Source: an uncultured archaeon
Lineage (GTDB): Archaea; Asgardarchaeota; Lokiarchaeia; Sigyniarchaeales; SOKP01
Assembly (NCBI GenBank): GCA_964525635.1
Contig: CAZGJX010000043.1
Location: 1 to 32,515, forward strand
Length of the DNA stretch: 32,515 nt
Direction of reading: 5' to 3'
The position numbers and the translations under genes were made by a program. This document shows, piece by piece, positions 19,802 to 28,534 of this stretch (positions are counted from its first letter, which is position 1; each line of letters begins with the position of its first letter). The notes beneath the pieces were generated by a model that saw only the letters and a program-made list of their open reading frames with translations, made no database searches and had not been told where the DNA came from.

Positions 19802-19940
19802 AATTCTTGTAGAATTTATCTATTAGAATTCATTTTTTGTTATTTTAAGAAATATTCTATAGAAATTTTTGTTATTTTTTATTTAAATAGTCTTATCTAT
19901 TTTTAGTATAAATTAATTAAAAATGGGTAAATAATTAAAG

Positions 19941-20234
19941 ATGAATAAAAAAGGAGTAGATATAGCCCAACAAGTATCATTTGCCTGTTATAATCGCTCT
20001 GTTATCATAAAAGATATCGAAAATTTAAGCAAAAAGCTCTATAATCTTCCTATAATGAAAGGAGAGATTTTGAAATTTGATTATAAAGGAGATATTATAG
20101 AACTTGTGGTTCTAAACCATACTCCAGAGCCAGGTGTGGTAGTAATTACGGATGAGACTAAATTTTTTTTACAGCATGGAGATTATAAATCAAGAATAGA
20201 ACAAATAAAGAAGACAATACTTCAGAGGTGTTAA
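19941..20234 (+). CDS. Small protein resembling the second (Nc, CDC48_2) subdomain of the Cdc48/VAT N-domain
   Basis: 'AQQVSFA...LSKKLYNLPIMKGEIL...IELVVLNHTPEPGVVVITDETKF' follows the archaeal Cdc48 pattern AxxVxhAP..LxxxPhxxGD..hxhhVxxxxP.GhVhIxxxT. Confidence 0.6.
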   Translation: MNKKGVDIAQQVSFACYNRSVIIKDIENLSKKLYNLPIMKGEILKFDYKGDIIELVVLNHTPEPGVVVITDETKFFLQHGDYKSRIEQIKKTILQRC

Positions 20235-20237
20235 ATT

Positions 20238-22388
20238 GTGAAAGAAGTTTGGCATTCACGGGTAAAAATCACACAATTTCCAATGAAAGTCGAGAAAGAA
20301 AAAGTATTTCTTTATATGTTAGGAAGTAGAGAAATTTCCAAGACGTGGATGTATGATATTTTGTCAGACAAATCTGTTTATGGATTGGAGATAGTATGTA
20401 ATAGAAGTCTTTCGATGGTATTTTTTAAGAAAGTGAGTTCTTTTGAGGAAGCTCGTTTTCAAGGTAAAAAATTGTTGAGTTTATTGGAATTAAAGTTTCA
20501 GGGCTTAACAGGGATTGTGGAAGTACTCCGGGTAGGGGACATGGTTTGTGAGGAGAATTTTCTTCTTTATGAGCTAAAGCTTCCTAGATTGGAGGTAAAA
20601 GATACAACTCTTTTTCCAATATTATCGAAAATAGTGCATATTTTTAAGAATCTATATGGTTATACGATGAAATTTTATATAATTTGGCAACGCGATGACT
20701 CAAGAAATTATGAGAAGCTTGATTTTAAAACTGGTGATATGGCTCTCTATGAAACGTATAAGATAAAATTATTTGTAATGGAGTTATTTAAGGGGAGTTC
20801 TATAGAGGATAGGAGGGGGTATTTAGAGGCTTTTAAGATTAATTTAGAATTTTTTATTTGTGATTTAATTAGTAGTTTAAGAGTTTCTGGAAATATAATT
20901 AAATGCTCTCCTGACTATCTGAGAAAATTGTATAAGCTTAATGTATTTTGGAAGAATAAGATGGTGATACAGACGGGTGTGAGATATGCTGATATGTATA
21001 GGGAACTACTTCCTCATTTAATGCCAAGTTTTATTAATCCAAACAACGTGGATTTTAGTTTTTTAGAGATCCTTCCTATTCCAAAATCAATAGGCTTATC
21101 GAGAGAAAACCTTAATTTTATAAATTTAAAAGGAAAAAAGCGAGATATTATTCTTGGGGAGTATATATCAAATGGAGTTCCCACGAAAAAAGCTGCTTCA
21201 CTTTCCCTGCAATCCTTTTCTCAGAGCGTAATAATTTTTGGTCAACCTGGGACGGGGAAGACAAATTTGCTTGGTCATCTCTCAAAGGAACTTTATTTAA
21301 AAGCAAAAGATGTTGGGATATTATACTTAAATTTGGGTAAAGGTAATCAAGAGCATTATTATTTTTTTGATCGTTATTTGAAATATAAGGACCCTGATCT
21401 TAGAGTTCCCTATTATATAGAGGGAAATCCGAAATATTGTAATAAAGATATATCCGAGACCGCGACTTATGTGATTAGCTCATTAGGATTGAAAGACCCT
21501 GTCGATAAAGTCCTTTCCAACCTTATGCATTGGTATAAAAAGAATCTAGGGCATTTACCTTATGATTTAGAGCTATTATTAATTAACTTACTGAGCTGGT
21601 ATGAGGTAAATAGTTACCACGAAGAATATCAGACAAATATCTTACGAGCCCTTGAAAATAGAATTTCTTCATTATTTTCAAATTCTGATTACCAAGCTAT
21701 CTCTGAAATGAAGGAGAAATTTCAAAAAGGCAATGGAGATTTAAAATCATTAACAAAGCTGGTCTTTAATAAGGCATTAAATAAGACCTTGGAATTAAAG
21801 GATGGTTTTAAAGTTCCAGATTTGTTTAAAGAGTGGAGAGCAGGGAAGAAGATTTTCATCGATTTATCTATGTGCAATATCCATGTAAAGCGTTTGGTTA
21901 GTAATGCGATTTTTCAAATGGTTAGGAGCTTAATTCCTGATATGGATGTAGAATCCCTTCAAAATATTATCGTTATTGATGAAGCTCACCAGCTATTAGA
22001 GAAGCCAATCATTAATAATCCTTTAGATGATGATTGCATTGCTCGTGAGCAAATCGAGAAGATATTTAACACCCTTTTAAGAGAATTTAGAGGGAAAGGT
22101 TTAGCATTTATTCTTGCTGATCAGACACCACATTTATTATTCAAATGTGTTTCAACCCTCCCAAGTCTCAAAATATTATTTCGGTTGGATTATAATAGTT
22201 CTGAACTCTTTACCAATAACAAAGAGGAATTAGATTTGATTACCTTCCAAAAGAATCGACAAGCCTTAGTGTTGAATGGAGTAACTGCTGAGCGCTATAT
22301 TATTAAGACTTTTAATTACACTCCCTTTGTTTCACCCCATTATAATAATAAAAATGAAATAATAAAAAAGGAGGAAATTATGTTATGA
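20238..22388 (+). CDS. FtsK/HerA/VirB4-superfamily ATPase (DUF87-like) with an uncharacterised ~300-aa N-terminal region
   Basis: Walker A 'GQPGTGKT' (21240-21263), Walker B 'IIVIDEAHQLL', arginine finger 'LREFRGKG', 'LADQTP'; no obvious TM segment; GTG start. Confidence 0.88.
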   Translation: MKEVWHSRVKITQFPMKVEKEKVFLYMLGSREISKTWMYDILSDKSVYGLEIVCNRSLSMVFFKKVSSFEEARFQGKKLLSLLELKFQGLTGIVEVLRVGDMVCEENFLLYELKLPRLEVKDTTLFPILSKIVHIFKNLYGYTMKFYIIWQRDDSRNYEKLDFKTGDMALYETYKIKLFVMELFKGSSIEDRRGYLEAFKINLEFFICDLISSLRVSGNIIKCSPDYLRKLYKLNVFWKNKMVIQTGVRYADMYRELLPHLMPSFINPNNVDFSFLEILPIPKSIGLSRENLNFINLKGKKRDIILGEYISNGVPTKKAASLSLQSFSQSVIIFGQPGTGKTNLLGHLSKELYLKAKDVGILYLNLGKGNQEHYYFFDRYLKYKDPDLRVPYYIEGNPKYCNKDISETATYVISSLGLKDPVDKVLSNLMHWYKKNLGHLPYDLELLLINLLSWYEVNSYHEEYQTNILRALENRISSLFSNSDYQAISEMKEKFQKGNGDLKSLTKLVFNKALNKTLELKDGFKVPDLFKEWRAGKKIFIDLSMCNIHVKRLVSNAIFQMVRSLIPDMDVESLQNIIVIDEAHQLLEKPIINNPLDDDCIAREQIEKIFNTLLREFRGKGLAFILADQTPHLLFKCVSTLPSLKILFRLDYNSSELFTNNKEELDLITFQKNRQALVLNGVTAERYIIKTFNYTPFVSPHYNNKNEIIKKEEIML

Positions 22389-22726
22389 CAGATTTGAATT
22401 ACCTAAATAATTGGAGATATAAAGAAAAAAGAAAGGAAAAATCTGAGGAAAAAGTGCATGATGAATTTCAAAATGAGAAGCAAAATAAAGATAAGAGGTT
22501 AGAATTTGATCCATTTCATTATTTAAAAAGTGAGAAAGCGAACTCTTGTAGGATTGACTTAGGACCCAAGAAATCCAAAGAAGAAAAGCCAGTTGTCATT
22601 ATAATTGCGGCAGCCCAACCAGAGCCAGAATTTGACAAGTCAGAAGAGCTAATAGATCACACTATAATAAAAGATGATCCGATGAGGAATGAAGAAAAAC
22701 GAGATGTGAGCTTATCTGAAGAATAA
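22385..22726 (+). CDS. Small highly charged hypothetical protein
   Basis: ATGA overlap with the ATPase stop; GGAGG at 22370-22374. Confidence 0.7.
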   Translation: MTDLNYLNNWRYKEKRKEKSEEKVHDEFQNEKQNKDKRLEFDPFHYLKSEKANSCRIDLGPKKSKEEKPVVIIIAAAQPEPEFDKSEELIDHTIIKDDPMRNEEKRDVSLSEE

Positions 22727-22734
22727 AGAAGAAA

Positions 22735-25700
22735 ATGAGCGATAAGGGATTTTGGTATAGAGAAAAGGGCAAATCAAAGGGGTCTCCTGAAGATGAGAAG
22801 GATGTTGAAGGTAAAAATGAGAAGAAAAGAGATAAGAATAGGGAACGCTCCTCAGAATTAAGAGGAGATAGGCCTAATAAAGATAAACCTTTCTTTAAAA
22901 GAGAGAAAAATGAACTTAAATTAGATTTAAGAGAAAAAAAGAATGAAGATAAAGAAATTGTTCCATTTAAGGCACTTTTTACCCCTTCTCATAAATTCGA
23001 TTACAGTTCATCTCTAAAAAAAGGGGAGAAGGAAGAGGCATCAACACTAAAAAAGAATGGTTCTATAGACGCAGATTCTAATCTCGATATCACATCAGAT
23101 TCAACGCCAAAATTAGAAAAAGAAGAGGAGAAGAAAGGAGTAGTAAAGAATGATGATAATCGTCAACAGAGTGTAGTATTACCAGATAAAATAGAGAAAG
23201 GTTATAATAAAAATTCCAAGGAAAAATTAAAAGAGCCAACAGATAAGACCCTTATAGTTGGTTGGGTTGATTTAGAACCTATTAGAGATCCTAAAGTATT
23301 AGAGGATTATAAGGATAATAAGCCAATTTCAAAAGTACAAGAAAATTTTGTTGATACTCCTACTAAACTGAAACATGATAAAGAAGCATTAGATAATCAC
23401 ATTATAATTGATGCTAATGATCTTGAACTGAAAGAGGAATTATTTATTAAAGAAAATGATGAAGAACTAAATAAAATTAGTGAAGTTAGTAAATCTCTTG
23501 AATATAATGCAAATTTATCTAATATTAGAAACAATCTTATCGAGCCTAAAGCTATCAAGATTACTAGTGAGGATTTAAATTTAATTGATGTTAAAGAAAG
23601 AAAAAAAGAAGTGAAAGAAAAGAAATCCAATAGAGAAGTTAATGATAATCCTCCTCAAGAAAAACTTAAAACTATTCAAAAACTCCATGAAAAAAGAGAA
23701 AAGAATGAGGAAATAAATAAAATAACTCCTCAAAGAATAAATCGAATTGATCAACCAATAGATATTAGCAATATTGATATAAAAATTAAAAGTATTGAGA
23801 TTTCGAATCAATCTACGTTCGAAGAACCATTTAAGACATATAAATTGAATCCTTCCAAGAAATCTCAATTGAATATTTATCATTTAGAAAAAAATTCCTC
23901 GAATAAAGAGGAGAAAGATTCCAATTCAAAAGAAATAGAATCTAATCGGGAAACTCAAAGTGAGATAGAAAATGAGAGAAGGAATGATGCTAAGACAGAA
24001 ACTAAACCTAATTCAAATGAATTTAATAGAAAAGAAAAGAAATCAAATATTATATCAAAAGAAGAGGATGTAAGACTAAATCATAAAAATAAAGAAAGCT
24101 GTGAAATTTGGAGAAATCTACAAAAAGAAGCATTATGGATAAAATATCTAAGAGTAAATCTCCTTAAATATAAGGGAGAGTATAATTCAGAAGAGACAAA
24201 GGCATTACTGAATCAATTATTATATCTTTATAAAAATTGTCGATATTGTTATAAACTTAAACAAAAATTGAACCAGAAGCGGAATAATGGTAAATTAACT
24301 AATGAAGATGTGAAATTATTAGAAAAAATTTCGAAATTCCTAAAATCAATTAGTCCATTTGAAGAGGAAATCTTTAAAAGTTATGTTGATTTTCGGCGAC
24401 GATTCTATAACAAACAGATGACAAAAAATCAAGTTTATCCTTTTTTAGAACATCTTTACCGAAAATTAAATGCTTTACAATTTTCAAAAGATTGGAAAGA
24501 TTATATTAAAAATCACAAGGAATTACTTCAAAATCTAGGAAATGGTGATGTAGCTCATATATTACAAATTCTAAATAAGGATGAAATAGATGGAGATGAT
24601 ATCAAATTGATAGCTTCTAAACTTAGTATATTAGAAACCAAGCAATTAATTGAGATATTTGGTTATTTATTTAAGCTCCATACCCATAATTATATCCGCT
24701 GGGGATTTGATTTTTATCCACACGTGAAACAGCAAATAATAATAGATTTTATAGAAAAAAATAGGAGTTTAAGACGTTTCAGTGAGACATCAATTGATGG
24801 GTATCATACTCAAATTTCTAAAAATAAAATCATAAATCAACCAACCTCAATAAATGAAAAGGCACTTTTTGAGAAGCTTGAAAACTGGAAAGGCTCAAGT
24901 CCCTATTATCCTTATTTCAGAAAATTTATCGAGGATCTTGTTAAGTTGTTAAATAATTTTGGGATTCTTACAACGAATAATTTAAATGAGCTTGAAGAAG
25001 TAGTTTCTATAGGCAAATCAGGGATTCATGGAATGTTATGGTCCTTAAAGGAGGGTTCAGAGCGCAACCATTTTAATATTGGTGAGGAGACCTTAGATAA
25101 ATGGTTTATTCAACTTCAAATGAAAATTACCCAAAGTAGATTAAAAATCAATAAAGGAATGTATCTAAAGGACCTCCATGGATTATTTAATGACTATTAT
25201 CGAATTTCAGGGATGAATTCTTCAAATGTATTATATAAACCTTTTCGAATGATGATTGCTCAATTAGTTGAGTATTTGTATCAATTAAATCTTATTCAGG
25301 AGATTAATTATAAATCACTTGATACGCTTATTGGAATACGAGGTTTCTGTTCAAAGTCATTTTATAAATTAAAAAATGATTTTAATTTTATTCCTCAAAA
25401 CATCATCACTTTTAAGACATCTTTATTGAAAAATATTGAACCAATGAAGTTACCACTGAATCAGATTAAGAGAATCAAGGACATTATAAACGAGTTTTTA
25501 TCAGAAATCGCTCAGAAAAACGAGATTAATGACCTCTTGGTGGATTACAAAGATTCACCATTTAAAAAGTTGATACATAATTTAATGTCTTTAGATAATG
25601 TATTTGGTCAAATCGGAAAAAAATCAGTCTTGGCTAGATTATATTTCCAGAGTTATGATGTTTGGAAGAAAGCTTTACCTACACTAAACTCCAATGCCGA

Positions 25701-26295
25701 GCCAGTAAGACTTCCACTTTATAAGATTTGGCGTATTGTCTATTGTTCTCAGATGTGGACAGTTAAGACATTTACCGATAAAGGACTAAATATTGAAATA
25801 GATATGTTGGAAAAACTCAAGGAGCAAATTAAGTTAAAAATAGATGAGTGGGTGTTTGAAAATCCGTATAAAGAGCCATATGTATGTGAACTTCCCACAA
25901 GAAAGACTCGGAAATTTTATAAGATACAGCAATTCGAAAAAAATTATCAATATTCTGAATATGAATTAATCCAATTATTATGGATGGCTTGTGTTGCGTA
26001 TACTAATAATTTAAGCTTTTCTTTTTCCCAAATGAACAAGCGCCTTAATTATAAGAATCTTCGCAATGTATTAAGTCAAGGAGATGTTAATATAAATATA
26101 GATAAGCTAAAGGGAATTCTTTTAACTATTAATAAATGGGCTGGTGAAGAAGCAAAAGTTATAAGTCAAAATACAAAAATTAAAGGTATGGTTGAAATGC
26201 CCTATTCTTATAAAATGAAGATATATAGACGTGTGATGGATGAAATTTCAGAATACATAGGAATACATAGATGCAAGAGGACTATCCTTCATTAA
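22735..26295 (+). CDS. Giant protein, 5' part: ~450-aa K/E/N-rich low-complexity region followed by helical repeats; truncated by a frameshift
   Basis: 1186-aa ORF; its last 11 residues arise out of frame after the duplication at 26251-26270. Confidence 0.85.
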   Translation: MSDKGFWYREKGKSKGSPEDEKDVEGKNEKKRDKNRERSSELRGDRPNKDKPFFKREKNELKLDLREKKNEDKEIVPFKALFTPSHKFDYSSSLKKGEKEEASTLKKNGSIDADSNLDITSDSTPKLEKEEEKKGVVKNDDNRQQSVVLPDKIEKGYNKNSKEKLKEPTDKTLIVGWVDLEPIRDPKVLEDYKDNKPISKVQENFVDTPTKLKHDKEALDNHIIIDANDLELKEELFIKENDEELNKISEVSKSLEYNANLSNIRNNLIEPKAIKITSEDLNLIDVKERKKEVKEKKSNREVNDNPPQEKLKTIQKLHEKREKNEEINKITPQRINRIDQPIDISNIDIKIKSIEISNQSTFEEPFKTYKLNPSKKSQLNIYHLEKNSSNKEEKDSNSKEIESNRETQSEIENERRNDAKTETKPNSNEFNRKEKKSNIISKEEDVRLNHKNKESCEIWRNLQKEALWIKYLRVNLLKYKGEYNSEETKALLNQLLYLYKNCRYCYKLKQKLNQKRNNGKLTNEDVKLLEKISKFLKSISPFEEEIFKSYVDFRRRFYNKQMTKNQVYPFLEHLYRKLNALQFSKDWKDYIKNHKELLQNLGNGDVAHILQILNKDEIDGDDIKLIASKLSILETKQLIEIFGYLFKLHTHNYIRWGFDFYPHVKQQIIIDFIEKNRSLRRFSETSIDGYHTQISKNKIINQPTSINEKALFEKLENWKGSSPYYPYFRKFIEDLVKLLNNFGILTTNNLNELEEVVSIGKSGIHGMLWSLKEGSERNHFNIGEETLDKWFIQLQMKITQSRLKINKGMYLKDLHGLFNDYYRISGMNSSNVLYKPFRMMIAQLVEYLYQLNLIQEINYKSLDTLIGIRGFCSKSFYKLKNDFNFIPQNIITFKTSLLKNIEPMKLPLNQIKRIKDIINEFLSEIAQKNEINDLLVDYKDSPFKKLIHNLMSLDNVFGQIGKKSVLARLYFQSYDVWKKALPTLNSNAEPVRLPLYKIWRIVYCSQMWTVKTFTDKGLNIEIDMLEKLKEQIKLKIDEWVFENPYKEPYVCELPTRKTRKFYKIQQFEKNYQYSEYELIQLLWMACVAYTNNLSFSFSQMNKRLNYKNLRNVLSQGDVNINIDKLKGILLTINKWAGEEAKVISQNTKIKGMVEMPYSYKMKIYRRVMDEISEYIGIHRCKRTILH
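26251..26270 (+). repeat. Exact 10-bp tandem duplication GAATACATAG-GAATACATAG causing a frameshift
   Basis: Read directly; deleting one copy fuses 22735-27007 into a single 1420-aa ORF. Confidence 0.92.
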
Positions 26296-27007
26296 ACAAA
26301 AAGGGAAATCATGGTATGATAGAGAATTATGGTATGATAAGCTCACTCGTTCTTATCATATTGTTTTTTTATTTGCCCGTCAATTGGGATTTGATCCACT
26401 CACCTTTATACCCTTAGAGGATAGTATTTTTAAACAGCGAATCTATATAAGGTCATCTGGTAAGCTCTTGTTTACAAGTGATTATCGTCGCCATCATTTG
26501 GATATAAATAAAAAACGTTCAGTTTTTTTTCAGGATTTAGCGCTTACAGATATAAGGACTCATAATTACTGGAATCAACTGAGTGAGGAGGAAAGTAAGG
26601 AGCTTTTAAGACGTTTCTCTTTGTTAGTGAATAAAAGAGGAGAGGTAACAAAAGTAGATATAATAAAAACATTTGAAGGATTAGATTGGGTTTTATATAA
26701 TGAAAAGACTGGATGGTTTAATTATAAAACATTTAATTATAATATCGCAAAATTTAACCAGAGAAAAAATGTATTAAATAACTTGGATTTAGAAGGATTT
26801 ATAGAAAAAAATAAAATGGAGTATAATGAATTATATAATAGATTTTTTAAAAATATTGTAGAAGATAAATTAAAGAGAATAATTTTATATATAAAACCTC
26901 CAAATTTAGGATTTCGTGATCATACAGATCATTTTATAATAGAGCAATATTTTAAAATAGAAGCAAAATTAAAAAAAAAATGTAATAATAAATTTCCAGA
27001 GTCATAA
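26261..27007 (+). pseudogene. Frameshifted 3' part of the giant gene carrying an HNH-like nuclease motif
   Basis: Frame is open from 26261 (EYIDARGLSFIKQKGKSWYDRELWYDKLTRSYHIVFLFARQLGFDPLTF...), 41 codons before the TTG at 26384; 'RRHHLDINKKRSVFFQDLALTDIRTHNYW' resembles HHxDxNK..[ND]LxL.....H. Confidence 0.7.
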
Positions 27008-27039
27008 TATTTAAATAATTAACATGGTGTATAATAATT

Positions 27040-27432
27040 GTGAGAAAAAAAAGGACTATTATGGTAAGACATCATAAATTAAAAGAAATTAGAAATAATC
27101 TAAGAAATCTTCTTATAAATGTTACTCAAGAAGAATTACTGAAAATTCTTGATAAAATAAAAGAAATGGAATATGATTGTAATGGTAATATGATCCATCC
27201 AAATAATATGAATATAAAGAAGAAATCTATATTAAATGAATTAACAAAAAAGGAGGTTGAATTAAGAAATCTAATTAACAATTCAATATGTGAATGTCGA
27301 AGGTGTGTTAAGACAGATCAAGATATGACCTATAATCCTGTTGATAAGTCATGGTATTGTGTGGATTGTTATAAGGAAATGCAGAGATGGACCGCAAAAA
27401 AGAAGACTGGAATCTCTGTTTTATTTCCTTAA
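27040..27432 (+). CDS. Cys-rich putative Zn-binding protein, paralog 1
   Basis: 'SICECRRCVKTDQDMTYNPVDKSWYCVDCY'; homologous to the N-terminal part of 27557-28195. Confidence 0.8.
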   Translation: MRKKRTIMVRHHKLKEIRNNLRNLLINVTQEELLKILDKIKEMEYDCNGNMIHPNNMNIKKKSILNELTKKEVELRNLINNSICECRRCVKTDQDMTYNPVDKSWYCVDCYKEMQRWTAKKKTGISVLFP

Positions 27433-27556
27433 TCCTAATTATTTTTTATTTTTAAGTTAAGCTAATAATTATAGCAGAGATTCATAAAATCCATAAGCTC
27501 ATACATATGAAAAGAGGGAAGTTTAAATTATTTAAAAGAAAAGATAAATAATAATT

Positions 27557-28195
27557 ATGAAAAAAAAAAGAACTATCTCATTAAAACATCCCAAGCTGCA
27601 ACAAATTAGAAATAATTTGAGGATTTTATTTATAATGGCAACAAATACTCAATGGTTTCATCTCCATAATGAAATAGATGAAATTGAATATGACCAAAAT
27701 GGAGAATTAATTTTTTTTGATGATTTAGCTGAAGAACAAAAAGAAAGAATAATTGAATTAGAAAAAGGAAAAACAGAATTACATAACTTGGTTGAAAGGT
27801 CAATATGTAAATGTCGACGCTGCGTGAAGACTGATCAAGATATGACTTATAATCCTAATGATAAGTCATGGTATTGTGTAGAATGTTATACTGAGATGTA
27901 TAATTCAGATCAAAGAATTTTATATTTAGAACATAAGCTTACCTTATCAGAAGAACAGATTAGGGAATTTGTATATCGTTTAGCTAGTCCCGAAGGCTGC
28001 CAATATAATGGAATTAAATGGAGATGTGGAGGGAAGAATCATGAATATTCACGGCAAATTTTGAATAGAATGAAGGTTTCAAAGAAGAATAAAGAAGTAT
28101 TATTGGAATTATGTAAAGAATTAGGTGGTTATTGTGATTGTGAGATTTTAATGAACGTTGCTTCTTATTTATTAGGTGAAGAGACACCATGGTAA
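27557..28195 (+). CDS. Cys-rich putative Zn-binding protein, paralog 2, with C-terminal DUF2695-like domain
   Basis: 'SICKCRRCVKTDQDMTYNPNDKSWYCVECY' plus 'LCKELGGYCDCEILMNV' (GGYCDCE.L.N signature of DUF2695). Confidence 0.8.
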   Translation: MKKKRTISLKHPKLQQIRNNLRILFIMATNTQWFHLHNEIDEIEYDQNGELIFFDDLAEEQKERIIELEKGKTELHNLVERSICKCRRCVKTDQDMTYNPNDKSWYCVECYTEMYNSDQRILYLEHKLTLSEEQIREFVYRLASPEGCQYNGIKWRCGGKNHEYSRQILNRMKVSKKNKEVLLELCKELGGYCDCEILMNVASYLLGEETPW

Positions 28196-28230
28196 AGATT
28201 TGAATTTGTTATGATTAATATATAATTATA

Positions 28231-28353
28231 AAGATGGTACAAGATAAAACTTATAATCTTGTTGATAAATCCTGATATTAGATTGATTGTTATAAAGAGA
28301 TATAGAAATCAACAACGAAAATATGTATAGAAATTTCAATCTTATCTCGCTAT
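28231..28353 (+). pseudogene. Decayed third copy of the 3' end of paralog 1
   Basis: Gapless alignment to 27310-27432: KMVQDKTYNLVDKS*Y*IDCYKEI*KSTTKICIEISILSR versus KTDQDMTYNPVDKSWYCVDCYKEMQRWTAKKKTGISVLFP. Confidence 0.8.
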
Positions 28354-28534
28354 TATTAATAATTATGAATTTTAACTTAAACTAATCTAAAAAAATCTAT
28401 AGTCTATTATTCTTTAATTTTTAAATTGGTTATATTAAAATATTTTTATTACAAGTGAATCTCACACAATATTCATAAATAAAAAGATAATTAATAGAAA
28501 AATTTTCTGCATTTAGCCTAAATGACTTCTTTAA

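Noticed and set aside
20238-22388. Housekeeping HerA DNA-repair helicase
   Set aside because: No nurA/mre11/rad50 neighbours and no recognisable HAS barrel at the N-terminus
27310-28353. 28231-28353 as a DGR template repeat for the Cys-rich gene
   Set aside because: Many mismatches are at non-adenine positions and there is no reverse transcriptase in the window; the pattern fits ordinary decay
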